A stretch of 29,221 nucleotides of DNA. It comes from Candidatus Hermodarchaeota archaeon (GTDB lineage Archaea > Asgardarchaeota > Hermodarchaeia > Hermodarchaeales > Hermodarchaeaceae). The first letter of the stretch is position 1; each line of letters begins with the position of its first letter. The position numbers and the translations under genes are program-made. The notes under the pieces are model-generated. The model was not told the DNA's origin, searched no databases, and saw only the letters and a program-made list of their open reading frames with translations. This document shows, one piece after another, positions 1 through 9,282 of the stretch. The stretch lies in NCBI GenBank assembly GCA_016840065.1, contig JAEOTB010000116.1:1-29221 (forward strand), in the 5' to 3' direction.

Positions 1-420
1 CCAGCTCTTGGGGAAGCGCAGGTCAAGGACTTTGACTCGTCCGCCCATGCTGATGTTGCCGACGACAGTTGATAGGAGCATGGGGATTTGTTGTCCGAAG
101 TTTATCCAGGGGTAGGCGACTTGGACTATATAGTGCCGGTGGGTGACATCCTTGGGTTGGCTATATTCGGGGTATGGGCCTTCGTATATGCCTATGACTT
201 TGGCTACGTGTTTTTTTCGCATTTGGGGTGTTTCGCCGGGGACAAGGATCCAGGTGCCGGTGGATTGTTCAACGGCAGCCATTTCGCAGATGTCTTTAAT
301 GGGGAGTAATAGGGGTGCTCCGAAATAATAGGTTGCGATCACATATTGTTCTGGGTCGATTTCGTCGGGGAGAGCATTGGGTTGGCTTTCTATGGGGAGG
401 GGTTTATCTTTTGGGGGCAT
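1..420 (-). CDS. RuBisCO-like protein (probably form IV RLP), N-terminal 140 aa, runs off window edge
   Basis: Manual translation from ATG at 420 (absent from ORF track): MPPKDKPLPIESQPNALPDEIDPEQYVIATYYF...AAVEQSTGTWILVPGET...VAYPWINFGQQIPMLLSTVVGNISMGGRVKVLDLRFPKSW. EQSTGTW, GN and DLRFP are RuBisCO large-subunit N-domain motifs. Confidence 0.88.
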   Translation of the reverse strand, partial: MPPKDKPLPIESQPNALPDEIDPEQYVIATYYFGAPLLLPIKDICEMAAVEQSTGTWILVPGETPQMRKKHVAKVIGIYEGPYPEYSQPKDVTHRHYIVQVAYPWINFGQQIPMLLSTVVGNISMGGRVKVLDLRFPKSW

Positions 421-625
421 GTTCTCTGGCTCCTTTGAAATTACTGGGGGAGGATTATACGAGGCGTTATTTTAGGCTTATTACTTATTGTTGTCGTTTT
501 CGAATTCTTTAAGTAATAGCTGTTGAGAAAGGTATTGTTGAATGGTTAGCGGCAATGATTAGCTGACGAGTAGGAGGTTATTCCTATTGTCTGTGTAATC
601 GTTGTCGGAATGGATGTGTACCTTG

Positions 626-1501
626 ATGAATAAATCTAGTGCGTTGGGTCTATTGCTCGGAGTGATGGCTGTCTGTGCGGTGCTTCCTTGGGGTGCAGGG
701 TCAGTCAGTCACGTTGATGGTATATGTGGAGCTTCGGGTGGTCGACAGAGTAGTGGTCCTGATATCTTGTTCTTTACCCAGTTTGCTGATCTCTCTTGGG
801 AGTATCCTAATACGCGAACTTCGATTGATGAGACATATGGAACGAATTACAACTCGGAGGAACTTACAGATTATACCGGACTAGGAGCTATTCTGAATTT
901 ATATGATATCCTGGTGATTCCTGAGCAAGAGGGATCTTCCTACTCGTTAATGACTACGGTGGGTAATAGCTGGTCAACCCTTTTACCAGACTTTGTGGAT
1001 GGGGGTGGAATTGTAATTGTCCTAGATTTTGCCGCGTATGGGCCACAATATGGTGTAGGTCTTTATCTCTGCCAACAAGTGGGGTTACTTACTTATGTTA
1101 CAATCACCAGTACGACGTCTGGAACTCTCACTGTTTCCGCTGGATCGGATCCTCTTGCTGATGGTGTTGCATCTTCGTTTACTTCTGTCGGTGGTACCTT
1201 GAGTTTTTCTACTTCGGAGTCGACAGTTGTGGTGAGACATTCAGGTTCTGGAAATCCCGTGGTTCTCCACAAGACAAGCGGCTCTGGACACATTGTCTAT
1301 TTAGGCTTTGATCTCTATCAACGCTCACCAAGTTACGATCGGATTCTGGCGAATGCAATATCCCTCTATCCTGGCGACCCATTTTCTGGCGGTTTACTCG
1401 CAAATCCTGGGATTGTACTTGTTGTTGTCACAACAGTGGTTATCGTTGTTGTTATCTCTACCATATTACTAGTCATGCGGAAACGTGGGATGTTGGTGTA
1501 A
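626..1501 (+). CDS. Secreted, C-terminally anchored surface protein (class I glutamine amidotransferase-like/DUF4350-type domain); paralog 1
   Basis: Signal peptide from MNKSS (ATG 626; track starts at 602). Shares TQ(F/Y)AD, YDILVIPEQE, GGxVIVLD and GHIVYLGFD blocks with 3062 and 4039. C-terminal TM followed by RKR. Confidence 0.75.
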   Translation: MNKSSALGLLLGVMAVCAVLPWGAGSVSHVDGICGASGGRQSSGPDILFFTQFADLSWEYPNTRTSIDETYGTNYNSEELTDYTGLGAILNLYDILVIPEQEGSSYSLMTTVGNSWSTLLPDFVDGGGIVIVLDFAAYGPQYGVGLYLCQQVGLLTYVTITSTTSGTLTVSAGSDPLADGVASSFTSVGGTLSFSTSESTVVVRHSGSGNPVVLHKTSGSGHIVYLGFDLYQRSPSYDRILANAISLYPGDPFSGGLLANPGIVLVVVTTVVIVVVISTILLVMRKRGMLV

Positions 1502-1553
1502 CACCTCCTATCTCCAACTATAATCCTATCAGCAGCTTCCTGGGATTTCTAAG

Positions 1554-2825
1554 CTATGAAGTAAGCACAAAGACGCGGATTATTATTTCGATGACGAGTA
1601 CAAGAATGGGCAGAATGGAAGCGAACAGAATCTTCAACGCCGCGGGCATGCGGAAACTCCAAGTGGGGCTTTCACGGTTGTCGTGAATCATTTGGCGTAG
1701 AAGTTCGATGTCTCTTCGTCGTTGTTCATGTATCTCTCGAGTTCTGCTGCTGCGGTAGGTTTGCTGTGTTTCTTCAAGGCATTCAAAGAACTCGATTGAA
1801 AGCCGGCTGTGCCCTCGTTCTAGTCCATTAAGTACTGAATCCTTCATCTCAGTAAGGAAGTTGTGGAGTGCAACTTGAGGTATTATGAAGATAAGGAAAC
1901 CAGCCAATATGATACCGAATGACAACGGCCACGATAAAGGGTTAATGAGGTAGAGGTCATTAGGGTTCAGGTAATCTACTGCAATGAGGAGGATTGCTCC
2001 AGAGACGAGAATGAGGATTAATCGGTAGGTCACGCGGTAGATAAATCGACCAATAACTGAGGCGTTATCAAAGAACTGTTCGTAGGACATGAATTCCCCC
2101 TTCACTTTCTGTCCCCGGAGACGCATGATGTAGCTCCAGATACGTAAATCATCCTTGGAATCGGATAGTAGTATGATTGCCCGCATGATGCCCAAGAAAA
2201 GGTGTAGCACACCCACTATGAAGATTATGAGGACAAGCCAGTATAGACCCCAGAAAGCACCAACGAGGAAGATGAGTGGATAGGTGAGGACTCCAAAGAA
2301 GTACATGAGATGAGGGAGGAAAAAGAATATGATGGCTGCAGCGGTCGCCGCGAACAGGATGGCCAGCGCGATAAGGACGAACTCTGTTCGGTTGAAGATG
2401 ATTCGCCGCAGATTGGTACGGTACCGTTCAAAAGCCGCCTCACCATTGAAGAGTTGTCGAAAGTCGTGTTGAGCTAGTGTGGATGGGCGGACCATGCTAG
2501 TGTAGAGGGCGAGTTCCTCCTCAATTTGCGTGTCGAACAAATCGAAGAGGTCGTCGTAACCTGCGACCGTGTCCCTTACCGTCCAGATGCCCATCACCAA
2601 CAAAAGAATTACCGCAGTGACGTAAGGGAGCTGGGCTATCATGAATGAGTAGGAACCCTCCAAGAAAAGGCAAACATACTGGATAACTGCAGCGATGATG
2701 GGGAGTGGCAGTGTTCGCCAGTAGCTGTGGAACCAACCAAAACGGAGGATAATTGGAGTATACCATTTCCTACTGTGAGCCTTGCCTGTCTTCGGTTGTG
2801 TACTCCTTTTTTCGGGGTTAATTAT
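1554..2825 (-). CDS. Multi-pass membrane protein of unknown function; start probably non-canonical (ATA 2825 or ATT 2822), otherwise TTG 2663
   Basis: Several hydrophobic segments. Frame stays open upstream of 2663 to a TAA at 2841-2843 and adds a hydrophobic segment. AAGGAGGT SD at 2838-2831. Confidence 0.7.
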   Translation of the reverse strand: MINPEKRSTQPKTGKAHSRKWYTPIILRFGWFHSYWRTLPLPIIAAVIQYVCLFLEGSYSFMIAQLPYVTAVILLLVMGIWTVRDTVAGYDDLFDLFDTQIEEELALYTSMVRPSTLAQHDFRQLFNGEAAFERYRTNLRRIIFNRTEFVLIALAILFAATAAAIIFFFLPHLMYFFGVLTYPLIFLVGAFWGLYWLVLIIFIVGVLHLFLGIMRAIILLSDSKDDLRIWSYIMRLRGQKVKGEFMSYEQFFDNASVIGRFIYRVTYRLILILVSGAILLIAVDYLNPNDLYLINPLSWPLSFGIILAGFLIFIIPQVALHNFLTEMKDSVLNGLERGHSRLSIEFFECLEETQQTYRSSRTREIHEQRRRDIELLRQMIHDNRESPTWSFRMPAALKILFASILPILVLVIEIIIRVFVLTS

Positions 2826-2937
2826 TCTAGACCTCCTTAATTATCCCGCAATCTCTTGAACTAGGTTCTATAAAAAAATGAATAACCCTCCTAATTGGGG
2901 TGCTGATTGCGCTATTCCTGGGTTTCGATGAACCATT

Positions 2938-2949
2938 AATGTTTAAGTG
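2938..2949 (+). promoter_or_regulatory. Putative TATA-containing promoter AATGTTTAAGTG of paralog 2
   Basis: Identical 12-mer upstream of paralog 3 (3968-3979); TTTAAG resembles an archaeal TATA box. Confidence 0.5.
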
Positions 2950-3061
2950 GACTAAACACTAAGGCGTGAGTATTCGGTTTGGGTATGATGTGTGATGAGC
3001 TGCCTCCCTGGTGGCTATGAATCTCGGTTCTGGTACCTAATCGAAGGATTGTGAAGAAATA

Positions 3062-3913
3062 ATGCGAAAAACAAGAATATTGAACATTCTAGTACTCGCG
3101 GTGCTCTTCTGTTCGGTATTGTCAATTGGGATGAGGTCAACGCCTGTATTGGCGCAATCCCCTACATCCATTCTAGTTTACACTCAATATGCTGATACTG
3201 ATACTGGCGGTGAGTTCGCAAACACGATGGATGCCATCAATGATACCTATGGTGCACTTGGTACGGCGTTCACTTACGAAAACCTGACAGATTACACTGC
3301 CCTAGCTACTGAGATAGAGGGGCATAACGTGTTACTCGTCGTTGAACAGGAAGACGTGACTACTACTGGGCAAATGACAACTGTTGGTACAGCGTGGAAT
3401 ACGACATTACGGAGCTTCGCCTTCCAAGGCGGCGTGATCATCGTTCTAGACTACGGTGGCTCATTCTATGGACCCGCGATCCATCTGCTCAACGCAACGG
3501 GAATGTTGCTCTTTCAAACTTCGGTTGGCTGGGCAAATCATAACTACGCGACATTGAATACTGTCAATATTGTGAACTCGACGGATTCCCTTGCCTCTGG
3601 GGTACCGAGTTCCATGACCGCAACTGATGGCACCATGAGTGTGTATACAAATGAAGGTGTTGTTGTCGCAGAAGACAACACCGGTCATGCAGTTGTAATC
3701 CACAAGCGGTGGGGTCTCGGTCATATCGTCTATTGCGGCTTTGACTTCTTCAACCCCAATAGCAATTATGCTAGAATCCTATCGAATGCGGTCGGTCTGA
3801 CACCTGAACTACCCCCTGGAATTCCTGGCTTCCCCGTTGAGGCCATTGCCATTGCCCTTGTCTCGTGCTTGGGTCTCGGTATTATTGTGCGGCGACGCCG
3901 CGAGGTGAACTAG
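3062..3913 (+). CDS. Surface protein with signal peptide and PGF/Loki-CTERM-like sorting tail; paralog 2
   Basis: N-terminal signal peptide, many N-x-S/T sequons, tail PPGIPGFPVEAIAIALVSCLGLGIIVRRRR. Confidence 0.85.
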   Translation: MRKTRILNILVLAVLFCSVLSIGMRSTPVLAQSPTSILVYTQYADTDTGGEFANTMDAINDTYGALGTAFTYENLTDYTALATEIEGHNVLLVVEQEDVTTTGQMTTVGTAWNTTLRSFAFQGGVIIVLDYGGSFYGPAIHLLNATGMLLFQTSVGWANHNYATLNTVNIVNSTDSLASGVPSSMTATDGTMSVYTNEGVVVAEDNTGHAVVIHKRWGLGHIVYCGFDFFNPNSNYARILSNAVGLTPELPPGIPGFPVEAIAIALVSCLGLGIIVRRRREVN

Positions 3914-3943
3914 TAAGAGGTTCACCTCCCCTCCTCTTTTTTC
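3902..3943 (+). terminator. Hairpin plus pyrimidine/oligo-T terminator
   Basis: GAGGTGAAC/GTTCACCTC 9-bp stem spanning the stop codon, then CCCTCCTCTTTTTTC. Confidence 0.6.
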
Positions 3944-3967
3944 TTTGAGACCTGTACGCCTGCAGTG

Positions 3968-3979
3968 AATGTTTAAGTG
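3968..3979 (+). promoter_or_regulatory. Putative TATA-containing promoter of paralog 3
   Basis: AATGTTTAAGTG, identical to 2938-2949. Confidence 0.5.
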
Positions 3980-4038
3980 CAGTGGGAGAGGTTGTGATTC
4001 TTAGTTTAGAGTCGTGAGATGCCTGAGAGTGATTCTGA

Positions 4039-4881
4039 ATGACTAAAACGAGACTGTTTGGTGTTCTACTGTTGACGCTTTTCTTCTGTTTTTCAGCGTC
4101 TTTTCCATCGACTCAAACCCAAACTGCTGCTCAGAATTCTCTCAAAATCTTGGTCTACACTCAATATGCGGATACTGTGGTTGGGGGCGAGTTTGCTAAC
4201 ACTTTGTCGGTCGTCAGCGAATCGTATGGCCCTGATTTTACTTATACGAATCTAACCGATTATAATGAGCTTGCAAATGAGATTCCAGGTTACAATGTCT
4301 TTTTGATTCTAGAACAGGAGCTTGCACCCAATGTTGCTACTTTGCAGACAATTGGCACGCTTTGGGCCTTCACTCTACAGGACTTTGTCGCTAGTGGCGG
4401 AGTCATCATTGCGACGGACTGCTACTCGTTTCCAGCTAGAATCTGGGGCCCTACAATTCATATCCTGAACGAGTCAGGGTTGATGACGATAAATGGCGTA
4501 GTTGACCAATATCCCTCGGGTACGATCTCCACCCTTTCTCTTGGAGCAGCGCTTGATCCCCTAGCTGTTGGTGTCTCCTCTTCTTGGACCCCATCTAATG
4601 GAACAATCAGCGTTGAATCGAGTGAAATCAGTGTTATCGTGAAAGATGATTTTGGCAACCCTGTTGTCATACACAAGATTCTGGGTATTGGTCATGTAGT
4701 CTACTGCGGCTTTGACTTCTTCAGTAACAACTCTAACTATGATACAATACTTGGAAATGCCCTTACACTCCAACCCCTTCTTCCACCTATACCCGGTTTC
4801 CCAATCGAAGCAATCGCTATTGCCCTTGTCTCGTGCTTGGGTCTCGGTGTGCTCCTGCGGCGACGCCGCGAGATGAACTAG
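4039..4881 (+). CDS. Surface protein with signal peptide and PGF/Loki-CTERM-like sorting tail; paralog 3
   Basis: Tandem paralog of 3062 (ILVYTQYAD..GGEFANT, NLTDY, GH.VYCGFDFF); tail PPIPGFPIEAIAIALVSCLGLGVLLRRRR. Confidence 0.85.
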   Translation: MTKTRLFGVLLLTLFFCFSASFPSTQTQTAAQNSLKILVYTQYADTVVGGEFANTLSVVSESYGPDFTYTNLTDYNELANEIPGYNVFLILEQELAPNVATLQTIGTLWAFTLQDFVASGGVIIATDCYSFPARIWGPTIHILNESGLMTINGVVDQYPSGTISTLSLGAALDPLAVGVSSSWTPSNGTISVESSEISVIVKDDFGNPVVIHKILGIGHVVYCGFDFFSNNSNYDTILGNALTLQPLLPPIPGFPIEAIAIALVSCLGLGVLLRRRREMN

Positions 4882-4908
4882 GAAAGGTTAGCCTCCTCTA
4901 ACTCTTTT

Positions 4909-5718
4909 CTAGGCGAGATCCAGCCGCATCTGAAACAGCCTGTGATGCAACTTGCATTGTCTCCCTTCAAGGAGTTTTGCGAGTTCGGGATTTTCTGTAA
5001 AGGTTACTCGGACATAGTCAAATTCGGGTAGGGAGTGGGGGCGTAGTCCCTCGATGAAGTCGTCAAAGCATTCTAGGTGTTCGATTTCAAAGGGGAAGCA
5101 GCCTGGGAACTTGGGGCTGAACCGGCAGGCTCCTACGATGCGTCCTTCTCCGTCTTTTAGGGTGAGGATGAGGTGCTCCCTTTGGAGGAAACGGCGTATC
5201 TGAGCCGCTGGCATGCTTGCTTGATACCGTTTTCCAACCGTGTCGATTTCTTCCGAAAGGATAGGATGGCAGCTACACTGGTGAAGGGGTTTGAGGGTGT
5301 TGAAGGGTACGTAGAAGTGCCAAGTTGTGCCGGTAACCTTGAAGCCGAAACGCTTGTAGAGTTGCTGTGCAGGGTAATTATCATGCTGAGTATAAAGAAG
5401 GACATGGGTGACTCCCTCCTGTTCCTTGAACCATTCAATGGCGTGTTTCATTAGTATTGTACCCAGCCCTTGGCGTTGTAGTTGTTTAGCCACTCCGATA
5501 CGACCCAGGTGGGCACCGGTTTCTCCGAACCTACTGACAATCAGTTGGCCAACGAGTTTTCCCTCTTGTTCTACGGCGAAAAATCCACCAAGCTCTACTC
5601 GATCACTAAATGTCGCCTCCTCCATCCTATCATCTGGAAAAATGGCTTGATCGATTCTTTGGAATGCATCCCAATCCTCCTTTCTCATCAGTCTGATTCT
5701 TGCCTTACTCGCTGACAT
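4909..5718 (-). CDS. GNAT family N-acetyltransferase
   Basis: Motif A IGVAKQLQRQGLGTILM and motif B NYPAQQLYKRFGF; second degenerate domain; GGAGG SD upstream. Confidence 0.88.
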   Translation of the reverse strand: MSASKARIRLMRKEDWDAFQRIDQAIFPDDRMEEATFSDRVELGGFFAVEQEGKLVGQLIVSRFGETGAHLGRIGVAKQLQRQGLGTILMKHAIEWFKEQEGVTHVLLYTQHDNYPAQQLYKRFGFKVTGTTWHFYVPFNTLKPLHQCSCHPILSEEIDTVGKRYQASMPAAQIRRFLQREHLILTLKDGEGRIVGACRFSPKFPGCFPFEIEHLECFDDFIEGLRPHSLPEFDYVRVTFTENPELAKLLEGRQCKLHHRLFQMRLDLA

Positions 5719-5849
5719 ATTGCTAACCTCCTTCTGCTTTTGTTTTCCTGTTGATAAGTAGTTGGGCAGGTAAACTTGACTTGCAACTATCGTCTTTTTA
5801 TTTGTAAAAGTTGTATTGTAATCGGCTTTCTGGTTGGTGGTTTTCTTTT

Positions 5850-7202
5850 ATGCTTTCGTTTGGGAAGAAGCTGTCATATGGTGTTGGTCGATTCGGGTCG
5901 TCATTGTTACTTGCACTCATCGAGCTATCGAGCTTTTACAGTTACTCCACACTGTTTCTGATGGACTGGTTCGTTAACGGTATAGTTCAAGCTATAGCTT
6001 TCATAGTAATTGGTTTGACTCACTGGCTTACGGGATATTACAGTGATGGGGTTGAGAGCCGCTTCGGACGGCGTAAACCCTTTGTAATCGTGGGGGCTCC
6101 AGGGCTCGCCATTGCAATCGGTTTTCTGTTTATCCCACATATCTTTCTCCCTATAGGGTCTCCTGTTCTCATATACCAAATGTTGTTGTTCGTGTATTAC
6201 TTGGTCTTTCTATGTCTTTTCAAATTCTTCTACGCCTTTCTCTTGACAGCTTTCCAGGCTTGGTTACCAGAAATCGCAGATGAGCACGAAAGACCACTCA
6301 TCTCTAGCATGCAGAACACCGCAAACTGGATGGGAAGTATTATCGGCTCGATTCTAGGGTTTCTAATGGCGGTTCCAGGGCTCTTCATCGCTGGGAATTC
6401 ACCGACTCTATTGTTACTTATTCTCGTCGCATCCTTTGCCTTAATCGAGGTCTTGTTCTATCTTCCCTCAATCGCATTCATCAAAGAAAAACCAGATCTG
6501 GTTATCCCAGAACGAAGCATACGAGCAGAAACTGTTACAGTCCTCAGAAATAGAACATATGTGGGCTGGTTCTTGATGGTGGGTTTCCTGTCTACTAGCC
6601 TTATCGCTATAAAGGGGAACTTGATAGGGTTCATCCAGAATGTTGTGGGAATCACGACCTTTCAGGATGTCATCATAGTTGCTCTCACATTGATTGTAAC
6701 CCTAATGATTTTCCTCTATCTGTGGGCCTTTCTGATGAAACGAATCGGCAAACAGCGTACAATGATTATCTCTCTACTGATACTTGCCTTCACATTACCG
6801 CTGACAGTATGGGTTGGCAGCGTACCTCTAGACCCAATAGTCAAAGGAGTTATCTATTTCATCCCAATAGCGGCTTCAATGGCAGGTTACTATATCATGA
6901 GCTATGTAGTACCTGCTGATATTACTCACGTGGATTCCTTGGTAACAGGCAGCGCAAGGGCGGGGATGTATGAGGGGTTCAAGGGTGTGCCGCTGAACAT
7001 ATTCCAAGCCTTTTCGATGTTCTTACTCGGGTTCCTGATGCAATGGTCTACCCTTCAGACAGGTTCTGAGATACTCGGATACCTCTGGTTTGGCCCCGTC
7101 TTTACAGTCTTTGTCATCATCTCTATCGTTATTCTGCTTTTCATCAATCTCGATCATGATTTTGAAGCTATAGGGCAGCGCCCCGCTGGTGACTTGGGTT
7201 AA
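5850..7202 (+). CDS. MFS transporter, GPH/MelB-like (MFS_2)
   Basis: GYYSDGVESRFGRRKPF loop motif, about 12 TM segments, ADI..D...G..RAGMY motif. ATG 5850 preferred over TTG 5811. Confidence 0.88.
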   Translation: MLSFGKKLSYGVGRFGSSLLLALIELSSFYSYSTLFLMDWFVNGIVQAIAFIVIGLTHWLTGYYSDGVESRFGRRKPFVIVGAPGLAIAIGFLFIPHIFLPIGSPVLIYQMLLFVYYLVFLCLFKFFYAFLLTAFQAWLPEIADEHERPLISSMQNTANWMGSIIGSILGFLMAVPGLFIAGNSPTLLLLILVASFALIEVLFYLPSIAFIKEKPDLVIPERSIRAETVTVLRNRTYVGWFLMVGFLSTSLIAIKGNLIGFIQNVVGITTFQDVIIVALTLIVTLMIFLYLWAFLMKRIGKQRTMIISLLILAFTLPLTVWVGSVPLDPIVKGVIYFIPIAASMAGYYIMSYVVPADITHVDSLVTGSARAGMYEGFKGVPLNIFQAFSMFLLGFLMQWSTLQTGSEILGYLWFGPVFTVFVIISIVILLFINLDHDFEAIGQRPAGDLG

Positions 7203-7231
7203 CGCTGCTCCCCCTCTTTCTAGCCTTATCA

Positions 7232-7912
7232 TTATACGGCGGCACTCAAAATGCGATAGGTGCGAGTGCTCTGTGCTTGAGGATTATCTTGAGCTATACT
7301 TAGAAAACGATGAGCTGCATCAGGGTCATCAAGGTCAAGGGCGCTTTCAAAGGCTGCAAAACAGCTCGCGGACAAGCCTGCTTCTTGAGCGGCGGCTAGG
7401 TGGCTGCTGAGGCTCCCCATTCCAAAGTGTAGTTGAAGAACTGAAGGTGGGTGGAGGTAAAGGATGTTCGTACCACTACCCCGCCAGTCTTGTGCCATCA
7501 TTAAGCAGGATTGCTGATAGCCTCCTTGTATCATCTGGTCGAGAACTTTTCCTGTGAGGAGAGGTAAATCAGCTAAAATTATAACGACGGCTTCAGCGCC
7601 TTTATCCTCAGCGTATTGTATGGCTTCTGTTAGTTCACCGTTAAGCCCTGCCACTGTTGGTGGAAACACGTCGTGTCCTCGCTGATGTGTTACTTCCTCT
7701 AGTTCAGCATCGCTGGTTACGACAATGATGTCCTTGATTGTGCTCGCGTTCTCTACAGCGTCTAGAACATCTTCCAGCATTGCTTGAACGAGTGCATGCC
7801 TTTGCGAATCCTCTAGTAGTGTGGAGAGACGATGCTTGGTTGAGGGAAAAAGTCGGACGGGAATAATCGCAGTAGTGGAGGGACTTGTCATCGATTGGCT
7901 CTCAACTCCCAT
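7232..7912 (-). CDS. cofC: 2-phospho-L-lactate/PEP guanylyltransferase (F420 biosynthesis)
   Basis: AIIPV...KHRLS, AMLEDV, GLN, ADLPLL, GSGTN, HFG..S...H and LDLDDPD motifs. Start may be ATG 7891. Confidence 0.9.
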   Translation of the reverse strand: MGVESQSMTSPSTTAIIPVRLFPSTKHRLSTLLEDSQRHALVQAMLEDVLDAVENASTIKDIIVVTSDAELEEVTHQRGHDVFPPTVAGLNGELTEAIQYAEDKGAEAVVIILADLPLLTGKVLDQMIQGGYQQSCLMMAQDWRGSGTNILYLHPPSVLQLHFGMGSLSSHLAAAQEAGLSASCFAAFESALDLDDPDAAHRFLSIAQDNPQAQSTRTYRILSAAV

Positions 7913-8274
7913 TGACCCGAATCGGACGCCTGGGCTTAGATATATGGTTCGGTACTTTTAGTATCTATCGTTATATGGAATACTATTCTTTTAGAAAAAT
8001 CCTTTTTTAATAATAAGAAATGTACTCAACGCAGGACGCTGAAATCCCATCGAAAGGCTGATAGAACCCGTCTAGGGCAGCCAGCATTTAGCTAGCCCAT
8101 TCCGAAATAGGCTCCTCCAATGGTGTATTTGTCCGCATACCCGCATTTACACAGCGAGTTCTAAGAGTGAACCTTGTACAACCGCTACGAGTCGTGGTCT
8201 CGCTTTCATACTTCTTACATTTTGAGCAGAATCGATACAGCATCCAAACTAATCAAACTACGGCATCTGGTTGA

Positions 8275-9282
8275 TTAGGGTTCGAAGCCGTGGGGGCGAC
8301 GGCGAAGATACCAGAATGCAGCAAGGGCAATCATTATGATTACAAAGCTGCCAGCAGCGAGCCAATAAAGGAAAGAGACATCCACATAGACTAGTGACTG
8401 GCGTGCTCCCGGAAATCCGTAGTGATACAGCTCGTAATACTCTAGAAAGATTATTCCAGTCTCTGGACGCGATTTAAAGAGAAACGGTCCAGTGCCTACG
8501 GGGTGGGGATTCTCAAAGAGGGCAGGTTGCATGATACCCTCCCAGATGTGCTTGGGAAGAATAGGTTGACTCGCAATATCGAAGAGGGCAAAGTATCCAG
8601 CGAGCGGTGTATGGATAGCTATGGTTACGTTATTTATCACCTCTATGGAGGTAAAATTGAGGAAGGGTCTTGACCAAGTAAAGGGCCACGGACCAGGTAG
8701 ATTGTTCACGTAATGATAGGTGAAGTTGACATCGCTTGCACTGAATGGTGTACCATCGAGCCAGGTTGCATTGGTGACTAGATGAAAGGTCAGTTTAAGC
8801 CCGTTGTCTTCGGGTTCAACACCCCAATTGCGAGCCAGATTAGGTATCGCTTCATATGTAGTTGGATGAATATCTACTAGACGGGAGTAAAGAGCATTTA
8901 TGACCAGCCAAGCGTCCTCTACGGAGGCTATTAGGGGATTAAGAGTGTCAGGGACATATGTGAGGCCGAAATCTAAGGTTCCACCAGTTCCGGAAATTTC
9001 ATTGCGGTCGGTTTGCCCTGTTTTCAGCCGCGTTCGTAGAAGAGACCAAGCATTTGCTGCTCCGATGCCAGGAGTATTAATCCACCCTTCGAAACGATCA
9101 GTCCGATGAGCTGTGTAGATATAGCGAGTAAATAACGGGATAAGAGGTTGGTTCTTGGCGATGGCGCTTTGGATATCCCAGACAACATCCTGGAGGTCAT
9201 TAAGCGCGATTGTAGTATCAAGTTCTTCAATAAGAGTATCAACAGTGTTCTGGCTTACGATGGGAAGAGAATCTTCAGAGGT
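8275..9282 (-). pseudogene. N-terminally truncated family-5 (peptide/nickel) ABC substrate-binding protein with C-terminal TM anchor
   Basis: Frame open from 9282 to 8275 (335 aa), no ATG/GTG/TTG before 8709, no signal peptide. Contains PDTLNPL, PNLARNW, WLDGTPFSASDVNFTY, PILPKHIW and PVGTGPF. Confidence 0.75.

Noticed and set aside
88-512. Plus-strand ORFs 88-309, 143-328 and 315-512
   Set aside because: Antisense shadows of the RuBisCO-like gene.
2521-2766. Minus ORF suggesting a frameshifted N-terminus for the membrane protein
   Set aside because: The main frame is itself open to 2840, so no frameshift is needed.
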